From an uncultured virus (IMG/VR IMGVR_UViG_3300048832_000103) (lineage: Duplodnaviria > Heunggongvirae > Uroviricota > Caudoviricetes), in the IMG/VR virus record IMGVR_UViG_3300048832_000103: a stretch of 20,000 nt of DNA; one strand, written 5' to 3'. The position numbers and the translations under genes were made by a program. Positions 8,190-15,087 of the stretch are shown piece by piece. Every line of letters begins with the position of its first letter. The stretch's first letter is position 1. Below the pieces are notes generated by a model. The model made no database searches. It had not been told where the DNA came from and saw nothing but the letters and a program-made list of their open reading frames with translations.

Positions 8190-8822
8190 ATGGCGCGACG
8201 AAAAGACCCGGTAGAAAAATGGCTCGAGCTAGCATTGAGCGAAGACACAACAAGACCGACCCTACTAAAACCGTTTTTTTCAAAAGACGACAAAAACATG
8301 GTTGGCGCTACAGATGGACACCGGTTACATCTAACTACCACTAAAATGTACGCTAAAGAAATACGCGAAAATGACCCAGTGTATACAGACATGTTTTTCA
8401 AGCCACAACATGGATTTGAGCATGTAAAAACATTTAGTCGGCTAGCATTATTGAACGACATTGAAACCTTGGTTAGTAAAACACTGAACGAGAAACTAGT
8501 CGAACAATTGGCAGAACTAAACAAAGCGCAAGAGTCATTTAAAGAAGACAAAAACTTTCACACGCGAACAGTGCTCGAAAATGAACTAAAAACTACGGCA
8601 ACCATTCTTCGAGCATACCGCAATCCGGTAAACCTGGTATCTTTGAAAGAGTTCATAGATTCAGATATTGTCTTGAATGAGCGCTATCTACTCGAAGCGC
8701 TATCTTACGATGGACCAAAATCGACTAGGATCAAAATTCAAGCAAACGGACCGCTCGATCCTGTGATCATTGGATACCTAGACTTTCCACTTGCGGCATG
8801 TATAATGCCGATGCGACACTAA
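8190..8822 (+). CDS. Miniature beta-sliding-clamp (DnaN)-like protein
   Basis: ATDGHRL motif; C-terminus IVLNERYLLEAL...GPLDPVII...IMPMRH resembles DnaN domain III (FNxxYLLDAL...MPMR). Only 210 aa. Confidence 0.7.
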   Translation: MARRKDPVEKWLELALSEDTTRPTLLKPFFSKDDKNMVGATDGHRLHLTTTKMYAKEIRENDPVYTDMFFKPQHGFEHVKTFSRLALLNDIETLVSKTLNEKLVEQLAELNKAQESFKEDKNFHTRTVLENELKTTATILRAYRNPVNLVSLKEFIDSDIVLNERYLLEALSYDGPKSTRIKIQANGPLDPVIIGYLDFPLAACIMPMRH

Positions 8823-8836
8823 CGAAAGGAAAAAAA

Positions 8837-9208
8837 GTGGCTAAAGTACGACTTTTATTGAGGAAAATGTTGAAAGACGGTCAAGTGGTTGACTTGGTTG
8901 ATGCGTGGACGGCAAATCTGCGCGCAAAGATCGAGGCGCACGATTTTGGGGACGTCGAACCGTATATGGTGGCAGTAGCTCACGCCTCGGTATACCGACA
9001 CACGCGGTGCATGGCCGAGCTATCCGCAGACGAAGGCGTGATTTTCCCGCCGGTCATTCCTCGGAAAGTAAGAGAGCCGCTAATGCGAGTGCTCAATGAA
9101 GCGATAGACGTCTGCGACGGGGCAAACTTGGGCAGGCAGTACGCCCGTGCAAAGAAGCACGGAACGTGGCCACCACCACCAGAAACGTGGATAAAAAAAG
9201 AACCATGA
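8837..9208 (+). CDS. Hypothetical protein
   Basis: AAAGGA RBS before GTG 8837; in frame with track ORF 8798-9208. Confidence 0.7.
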   Translation: MAKVRLLLRKMLKDGQVVDLVDAWTANLRAKIEAHDFGDVEPYMVAVAHASVYRHTRCMAELSADEGVIFPPVIPRKVREPLMRVLNEAIDVCDGANLGRQYARAKKHGTWPPPPETWIKKEP

Positions 9209-9221
9209 AAGGGGACAAACG

Positions 9222-9608
9222 ATGAAAAAGCTGCACTGGCTCGTGATTGTGCTCGCATGCTGCATGCCACCATGTTTGTGGACTGCTTGTGAACAAGCAG
9301 ACGAAAACGAAGAAGCACAAGAAGATTGCGCCACGTGGCAGGAAGTGTACAACGGATGCGAAGCGGTCTATGAAACGGCAGTAGCAGAGTGGCGCTGGTG
9401 CACAGAAACCTATGATATGCCTGCCGGTAAGGTCGAAATGGTTTGGAACGTGTTGCCAGTGTTCCAGCAACTCTGTGAATCGTATGGGGCAAACAATTGC
9501 GTGGACGTGAACAACTATGAGACCTGTATCGACAGCGGCATAAAATGCAGTCCTGAACTAGTCGATATGACCCTATCACCTATCTGCATGCAAGTTCTAG
9601 AAGACTAG
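9222..9608 (+). CDS. Putative Cys-rich lipoprotein
   Basis: MKK plus hydrophobic stretch and lipobox-like VLAC or WTAC; acidic, Cys-rich mature region; AAAGGGG RBS. Confidence 0.65.
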   Translation: MKKLHWLVIVLACCMPPCLWTACEQADENEEAQEDCATWQEVYNGCEAVYETAVAEWRWCTETYDMPAGKVEMVWNVLPVFQQLCESYGANNCVDVNNYETCIDSGIKCSPELVDMTLSPICMQVLED

Positions 9609-9610
9609 GC

Positions 9611-10270
9611 TCAAAAAATCCGATTCACTAAAATTTGCGTCTCATCGAGTAAAAACGGCCGGATTTTTTCGGCCAGTCTAAGCCGGCCGCGAATGAGCTG
9701 TGCTGTGCGCACAGTCCGTGCTGAGCAGCTCCCACTTGCGTAGCCGGCTAGACCTCCGCTACACGCGCCTCGAGCGCCCGTATTTCGGCACTTCTCCGCG
9801 TCGAGCACCAAAGACCCGCCGCACTCTTGAACGACCCTGGCAAGCCAGCGAGCGCCACATGCCGCTTGACCTTCGGCCGTGGTCAGATCACACCCACGCT
9901 TTGCCTTGCCATGGACCTGGACCAAGCCAAACTCGCCAAGCCGACCTCGAGCTGCGGTGTCGAAAGAGCTCTCCTTGTAGGCCATGGCGATGAACAGGGC
10001 AGGATCTAGGTTGTTGTCTACCGCGGCACCGTATAGGGCGACCTCGAAGCGCTCGCTCTCTTTCCATCTTGGGTCTTTTGCGGGGGTATGGTCACGCTCG
10101 AGCAGGTAAGCTACAGCTCCCAGGGGCCTGGATTGACCCGTATTGGGCTCGGCCGGCTCGGCAAAAGCTGGTTTCAGACCGCACGTTTCGAAGAATAAAG
10201 CGATGCAGACGCCTATGAACAGGGCGAAAAATACAAATTTCATTCCAGCGGTTAGGTCACGACGATCCAT
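9611..10270 (-). CDS. Lytic transglycosylase (SLT domain) with N-terminal signal/anchor; candidate endolysin
   Basis: LDPALFIAMAYKESSFD (catalytic E-S), GEFGLVQV (GLxQ), late AGYASG; N-terminal TM FVFFALFIGVCIALFF; GGAGG RBS before ATG 10270. Confidence 0.85.
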   Translation of the reverse strand: MDRRDLTAGMKFVFFALFIGVCIALFFETCGLKPAFAEPAEPNTGQSRPLGAVAYLLERDHTPAKDPRWKESERFEVALYGAAVDNNLDPALFIAMAYKESSFDTAARGRLGEFGLVQVHGKAKRGCDLTTAEGQAACGARWLARVVQECGGSLVLDAEKCRNTGARGACSGGLAGYASGSCSARTVRTAQLIRGRLRLAEKIRPFLLDETQILVNRIF

Positions 10271-10332
10271 TTTGTACCTCCATGGTCCATTGGTTTCATC
10301 GACCCTACCAGACACCGGGAGTCATTTCAATA

Positions 10333-10361
10333 TTGACAAATTTTGTCGACTTCTGTAGACT
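10333..10361 (+). promoter_or_regulatory. Near-consensus sigma70 promoter with overlapping palindrome
   Basis: TTGACA (10333-10338), 17-nt spacer, TAGACT (10356-10361). The palindrome GACAAA-T-TTTGTC overlaps the -35. Confidence 0.75.
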
Positions 10362-10367
10362 ACGTCA

Positions 10368-11102
10368 CCGTAGGGGGCGGTATATCCTTTATAAATTCAA
10401 AATATATGGAAAAAGGGGCAAAAGAGGAACTCCCAAGCTTGCGCTTAGGAGCCCCTGCCTCAACCGGATCGGACTTGGAGTTACCCTGTTCTACCCCGGG
10501 AAAGACCAGAGTCAAGAGATTTCGATAGGGGAGCACCTTCGAAGGCGTTCGAAGACGCTCCCAGGACAACGACACAGCCGAGGGGACGAAGCGAACCTAT
10601 CACGAGCTCCCCGCGAACGCAAGTTGCACGGCTTGTGCGGAAAATGTGCGGCCTTAAAATGTAGCTGGACCCCGCGTGGAATCTAACAAGGCGCTTGCAT
10701 CCATCCTGGTTCCGCACGGGGTCTGTTTTCCGTGCGAAAAGCGTGCGGTGCGGTTTTATCAGACAACCGGACAAGACAACCAGACACCGTCCTGTCTGAT
10801 TGTCTTGTTCGCGGTAAACTCAACAGCACAGCGACCTCGGGAGCATTTTTTGCTTGCCTCGAGGAGCTCGTCGTGGTAGCAGAGAGGCGGCTTCGGTGCG
10901 GTCCCCTGTCTAATACCCAGCAGGGGGCCGCACAGGGCCTCCGACGGTGTTGTTTTTCATGCTCGGCTCCTCGTAAAAGGGCTCCCTCGGCTGCAACCGA
11001 GGGGCTCAGTTATGCCTCGGCGCGGCTCTCGTCTCTCTTACGGTTTGCGGCTCTTTAGAGGCGGGAACTTTGGATGTTGGGAGCTGCGCCGAGGCCACCT
11101 TT
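10368..11102 (+). ncRNA. Candidate large structured non-coding RNA (family unassigned)
   Basis: No credible long ORF. At least seven stems whose non-canonical pairs are mostly G-U on the + strand; upstream promoter; terminal stem 11014-11095 followed by CACCTTTT. Confidence 0.55.
10420..10455 (-). terminator. Intrinsic terminator (minus strand)
   Basis: Minus strand reads GGGGCTCCTAAGC-GCAA-GCTTGGGAGTTCC-TCTTTT: 13-bp stem with three G-U pairs, GNRA loop and U-tract. Confidence 0.65.
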
Positions 11103-11900
11103 TCAAATCTTGGCGTAGAGCATGAACTCGAGCTCACGGAAGAGCTTGTGCGGCGGCTTCGGGTCGAGCGTGCCGATGCCCATTAGGCCGCGAGGCTTGA
11201 GCACCTTCGCAATCTCGACCATGGTATCCTCGGCGACCGAGGCCTCGAGGTACAAGAGCAGGTTCCTGCAAAGCACGAGGTCATAGACCGCGGGCTCGAC
11301 ACCCCACCAGTCGCCCGTCCTGGTCCGAACGTCCGCAACCCTGGCATGGATGCGCGCCGCGAGCTCGGGGATGAGCCGCAGACGGTTCCCAGGGGGGATC
11401 TCCACGAGAGACTTCCAAACCCTCGGCGTCAGGAAGGTCAGCTTGTTCAAGTGCTTCTTGGGAAAGGTCGGGTTCATGGCATTCTTGACGCACTTGGGCG
11501 CGATGTCCAAGGCGTCAATCGTGATGTTCTTCTCCGAGGTGAACTGGTGCAAGAGCAGCGCAATCGTCGCGAGCTCATGCCCGTCGGAGCACCCCAGAGA
11601 CAGAACGCGCACGTTGTCCTCGGGTTTGATTTGGCAGAGAAAGTGCCGCTGCAAGGCTTCCCAGAACGTGTGATTTCGGCCGAAGTACGTCGAGTGCACC
11701 AGGCCATGATCGGCCAGGTTCGGCATCTCTTGGTCAATGTGCTCTCGGAGATACTCTAGATAGGCCTTAGCCGTGGCGAATCCGCGAGTATGTGCGTACT
11801 TTTTAATGTTCCTCTTTGAGAAGTTTTTGATGACCGAAATCTGGGCTCCAGTGTGCTCAACGAGTACGGCACAGAACTGGGCATAAACCTTCTTGTCCAC
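11103..11900 (-). CDS. cheR: CheR-like SAM-dependent protein-glutamate methyltransferase
   Basis: N-terminal helical domain ending STYFGRN (cf. TxFFR); VRVLSLGCSDGHE (cf. IWSAGCSTGEE); IDALDI; YDLVLCRNLLLY (cf. FDxIxCRNVLIY); LKPRGLMGIG. GGAGG RBS before GTG 11900. Confidence 0.85.
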   Translation of the reverse strand: MDKKVYAQFCAVLVEHTGAQISVIKNFSKRNIKKYAHTRGFATAKAYLEYLREHIDQEMPNLADHGLVHSTYFGRNHTFWEALQRHFLCQIKPEDNVRVLSLGCSDGHELATIALLLHQFTSEKNITIDALDIAPKCVKNAMNPTFPKKHLNKLTFLTPRVWKSLVEIPPGNRLRLIPELAARIHARVADVRTRTGDWWGVEPAVYDLVLCRNLLLYLEASVAEDTMVEIAKVLKPRGLMGIGTLDPKPPHKLFRELEFMLYAKI

Positions 11901-12088
11901 GACAACCTCCGGTAGAACGACAACGCTTGCGAGGCATCGAAGACCAGCTTGCAAGCGGGGCACCTAAACACCCACTCCAACGGGTCATCGCCCAGAGTGG
12001 ACACGACGATCTTCTTCGCGAATTCCACGGGAATCGGGCTCCCTCGTTGGCCGCAGTGGGGGCAGACGAGTACGGCCAGGTAGGTCAT
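11756..12088 (-). CDS. Zn-ribbon protein, C-terminal tail overlapping the CheR-like gene
   Basis: CPHC...CPAC within the first ~46 aa; ATGA-coupled to the upstream gene; last 145 nt overlap the CheR-like ORF. Confidence 0.6.
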   Translation of the reverse strand: MTYLAVLVCPHCGQRGSPIPVEFAKKIVVSTLGDDPLEWVFRCPACKLVFDASQALSFYRRLSWTRRFMPSSVPYSLSTLEPRFRSSKTSQRGTLKSTHILADSPRLRPI

Positions 12089-12378
12089 TTACTGCTTACG
12101 AGGATCTTCGCGACGTGCTCGCGAAGGGAGGTCAAAGTTACCGAGGAGCACCACGTCACCTCACCGAGCAGGACAGGATCGTCGCCACCGGCCTCACACG
12201 GGTGTCTGTTCCAGTAGGCCATGTAGCGGCCATCCTCGCCGTTCATCTTGATGTCAAACTCCATCTCCCGGCCGCATTGCTGGCACTCACCGCGCCAAAT
12301 ATCGACGTGCTGCCAACGAACGGCCGGACACCTACAGCCTGGCATACAGACCTCTAAGTATTCGCTATTTTTAGTCAT
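12085..12378 (-). CDS. Small Zn-finger protein (paralog B)
   Basis: ATG 12378 in ATGA overlap; CQQC...HPC; aligns with 12375-12608. Confidence 0.75.
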   Translation of the reverse strand: MTKNSEYLEVCMPGCRCPAVRWQHVDIWRGECQQCGREMEFDIKMNGEDGRYMAYWNRHPCEAGGDDPVLLGEVTWCSSVTLTSLREHVAKILVSSK

Positions 12379-12608
12379 TTCTCGGTTATGACGGCGTAGC
12401 CTTGCCGAGGCAAGACCTGATTTCGCAGCAAGGAGAGCGTCTTGGCCGAGTACGTGACCTCGGGGGGCTCTTGATCCCCTTGGGTGCATCCATGGTGAGT
12501 GAACTGTAGCAGGTAGTTTCCGCTATCCGAGTCCATTTTAACACTCATGTCGACCACTTGCGAGCAGTAGGTACACTTGCAAACCCACTCGGCCACGTGT
12601 TGAATCAT
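12375..12608 (-). CDS. Small Zn-finger protein (paralog A)
   Basis: 77 aa; CTYC...HGC; AAAGGA RBS; aligns with 12085-12378. Confidence 0.75.
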   Translation of the reverse strand: MIQHVAEWVCKCTYCSQVVDMSVKMDSDSGNYLLQFTHHGCTQGDQEPPEVTYSAKTLSLLRNQVLPRQGYAVITEK

Positions 12609-12612
12609 GAGG

Positions 12613-13332
12613 TCATCCTTTGCGTGTCAGCACCCATCCTATGAGGCCCCCTACTGCCGCCAAGAGCATCCACCCCCACCATCCTCGAGCCGAGCCCTGA
12701 TCAATGTTGATCAAGGCAAAATCCTGGGCCTTGGCGATCTGCGCAGGGTCGGCGCGGTAAATCTCCGACCGGACACGAGCGCACAGCTTCGCGAAGTCTT
12801 CGCCGTCGAAGGCCTTGTCCGTGTAGTAGCCACCCGTGCCGAGGGAATCCCAATACCGGGCGTCATACCCAGGCCCACCGGCAATCAAGTACCTCGCAGC
12901 GCTCGCGTAGCCGGCATTCTTCGAGGTCGGAGAGATCCGGTTCAAGAAGTCGTCTATGGCTTCCTTCCAGTTCTTGAACGCTCGCCACTGCTCGCCGGGG
13001 ACAGCATAGTAGTTGCCGGCCGCGTCCGCCTCTTGGGTGTTCATGGTGTAGTAGCCGTCGGGCCACGTACCACGCTTCACTCCCCAGGCGTTGTAATGCC
13101 AGACCTTCTGAGCCCAACCGCTCGCGAAGATGGCATGAGCGGTCATACGCGCCCGCTGGTCGGCGTTCGTGATCCCGTAGCGGGATAGAAGCGCGTCCAT
13201 GTTCAGGGCGACTTCGCTGTGATTGTTGGCTTCCGCCCAAGGAGTCTTTCGTGCGTTCAAGAGTTCGCCCAAGAGGATACCTCCATAGACCACGCCAGAG
13301 AGCAGACTCACCGTGAGGAAAGCGTTTATCAA
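12613..13332 (-). CDS. GH73/FlgJ-like peptidoglycan hydrolase domain protein with N- and C-terminal TM segments
   Basis: AHAIFASGWA (cf. AQAxLESGWG), YNAWGVK (cf. NNLFGIK), TQE, WRAFKNWKEAIDD (cf. FRxYxSxxES), GYYTD (cf. GYATD). Start placed at TTG 13332 after GGAGAGG; the track gives 13440. Confidence 0.75.
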   Translation of the reverse strand: MINAFLTVSLLSGVVYGGILLGELLNARKTPWAEANNHSEVALNMDALLSRYGITNADQRARMTAHAIFASGWAQKVWHYNAWGVKRGTWPDGYYTMNTQEADAAGNYYAVPGEQWRAFKNWKEAIDDFLNRISPTSKNAGYASAARYLIAGGPGYDARYWDSLGTGGYYTDKAFDGEDFAKLCARVRSEIYRADPAQIAKAQDFALINIDQGSARGWWGWMLLAAVGGLIGWVLTRKG

Positions 13333-13363
13333 TATAGATAGACCTCTCCCGCGAGACGCTAGT

Positions 13364-13969
13364 CTACCCTTTAGCTTTCCCACCGTCAAGCTCAAAAAAC
13401 CTTTTTTTGAATTCCATGTAGTCTCTTCTCGGGTTCGCATGACACGTGTCCAGTTCCATTAGTCGGACCTCGAGGCCCTGCCTCTGGCCGATGTACTTGT
13501 TCAAGAGCAATCGTCCGTAGTTTCGGAAAGGCCCCTCGGGAGCCAAGCTCGTGATTTCTCGAGCCATCTGTAAGTCGTCGGCATCATTTATAATTTGCAA
13601 CTGACCTTTATGCATGGGAACGCAGTCATATCGACGCCATATCAACTTCTGCCATCGGGCTTCGTACTCGTCGAGGTCCACGCCGAGCTGCTTAAGGTAG
13701 CGCTTCACCGGCCGCGTGACGTCGCCCACATAGGTCTCATGGGCATCGTGCAAGAGGGCGGCGAGACGGAGCTCGTCGGGGACCAGACGAGACACTTCCA
13801 ACGAGTGACGAGCGACCGAGATGTGGGTCGATAGGTGTCCGTTGAACCGTAGGATTCCCGCCAGACTCCATGCAATATCTTCTATATCAATGTCTTCTGA
13901 TTTAGGATCACTTAGATCAACCCAAGCACCAGAAGACACACCTAGCCAACAGGGCTCATTTGAACTCAT
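13364..13969 (-). CDS. HD-domain phosphohydrolase (YfbR/YfdR-like nucleotidase)
   Basis: IEDIAWSLA...RFNGH...SVARHS...ALLHDAHETYVGD...P.K...AD, the characteristic phage HD family pattern. Confidence 0.9.
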   Translation of the reverse strand: MSSNEPCWLGVSSGAWVDLSDPKSEDIDIEDIAWSLAGILRFNGHLSTHISVARHSLEVSRLVPDELRLAALLHDAHETYVGDVTRPVKRYLKQLGVDLDEYEARWQKLIWRRYDCVPMHKGQLQIINDADDLQMAREITSLAPEGPFRNYGRLLLNKYIGQRQGLEVRLMELDTCHANPRRDYMEFKKRFFELDGGKAKG

Positions 13970-14445
13970 TTAGAAATTCCCCATAGCATACCAAAGGTTA
14001 TCGTTCCTGCCGCAAGTATACCTATACCTCCCCACTTTAACCCATTTTTGATTTTTCGAATCCTTTCGGCACGAGCATATTCCTTCTGCTGTTCGCCTAC
14101 CAAAGCCCGCAACCGGCTAACTTCTAAATTACTGGCTTCTAATTGGCTCGCTCTTATTTCGGATGTTTGACCTACAACAGTCAATTCAGCCCTAGTGGTA
14201 TCTAGCAGGACATTCAATTCGTGATTTACATAGTGAAAATGCTTAGCTACCTCTATCCAGATAACAATTTTTCTGAATTCCTCGGTAGGATAGCACTCAC
14301 GCAACCCCGAGGGTGTTTTTATCGTGTACCCATCGGGTACTTCAGGCAGCTCGTCGGCCCTCAGGGACCACGTCAAGGCTATCAAAGCCCAGAAAATTAG
14401 CCCGACGAGGAGGTCTTTCAGAAAATTAGTCAGCGCTCTTTCCAT
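13966..14445 (-). CDS. Envelope protein with signal peptide, coiled coil and C-terminal TM (spanin-like)
   Basis: MERAL...LLVGLIFWALIALTWSLRA signal, helical middle, terminal GGIGILAAGTITFGMLWGI. Start placed at 14445; overlaps the upstream membrane gene. Confidence 0.6.
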   Translation of the reverse strand: MERALTNFLKDLLVGLIFWALIALTWSLRADELPEVPDGYTIKTPSGLRECYPTEEFRKIVIWIEVAKHFHYVNHELNVLLDTTRAELTVVGQTSEIRASQLEASNLEVSRLRALVGEQQKEYARAERIRKIKNGLKWGGIGILAAGTITFGMLWGISK

Positions 14446-14809
14446 ATAAACGATCTTTGAGTTCCTCGTGGGTAGCGTTAGCCACTGATTTCCGGGTCTG
14501 TTCGAAGTCGGCTCGGGCATCTTGAATCACCTTCTCGACAATAGCGGCCTTGTCCTTCAAGGCTTTTTGCTGTCCTTTCAATTGGGCGATGGATTTGTCG
14601 CAGGATTTATTTAGGCTGTCAAGTGGGGCGTTCTTCGCTCGCTCGATGTAGTTCTCGGTCAACCTGCTTGAATTCAACATCCACCACAACCCTGCCACGG
14701 TGAGAAGAGCAATCCATGGAAGGATCAATAGGAGTATCACCCACCATTTTTTGTTACGGAATAGACTTGTGGGGTCATACAATATTTGGTCCCATACATT
14801 TTTTATCAT
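14426..14809 (-). CDS. N-terminal TM coiled-coil protein (i-spanin-like topology)
   Basis: KKWWVILLLILPWIALLTVAGLWW followed by a charged helical region. Confidence 0.65.
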   Translation of the reverse strand: MIKNVWDQILYDPTSLFRNKKWWVILLLILPWIALLTVAGLWWMLNSSRLTENYIERAKNAPLDSLNKSCDKSIAQLKGQQKALKDKAAIVEKVIQDARADFEQTRKSVANATHEELKDRLYGKSAD

Positions 14810-14820
14810 TCTGGGAACTC

Positions 14821-15087
14821 CTATGCCTGGTGCCGCGTGTTTGCTGAATCTAAAACGACTGTGACCGGACTATCGTCTACAAGTTCACCTATTATATGCT
14901 CACGACACATTACCCAAGAGCGCCTATCGTTAGAACTCTCCGCTCGAGAAGCAATATCGAACAGAGCGCACCACGTTCCACACTGCGCAGACCCGTCACC
15001 ATAAGGACAACCAAGCTTCCGACCATCCTCGGCTACCAGGATCTTGGTGGTCTTGGTGTTCTTCCGAATTAGGCTAACCCTCTTCAC
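14821..15087 (-). CDS. Small Cys-containing hypothetical protein
   Basis: GTG 15087 in GTGA overlap with the cysH stop; CPY...CGTWCALF...C. Confidence 0.65.
   Translation of the reverse strand: MKRVSLIRKNTKTTKILVAEDGRKLGCPYGDGSAQCGTWCALFDIASRAESSNDRRSWVMCREHIIGELVDDSPVTVVLDSANTRHQA

Noticed and set aside
8980..9579. Several minus-strand ORFs (199, 125, 90 aa)
   Set aside because: Antisense to well-supported + strand genes that have RBSs.
10660..10725. tRNA/tmRNA-like 3' end on the minus strand (GTTAGATTCC...GGGGTCCA)
   Set aside because: No proper T-arm stem, D-arm or anticodon arm could be built.
10282..11058. Track ORFs of 61-134 aa within the structured region
   Set aside because: Spread over several frames and both strands, low-complexity Arg/Ser/Cys composition, no clear RBS. 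Hairpin density is better explained by RNA or DNA structure.
12607..13188. 193-aa + strand ORF
   Set aside because: Antisense to the GH73-like gene in GC-rich sequence; no motifs.
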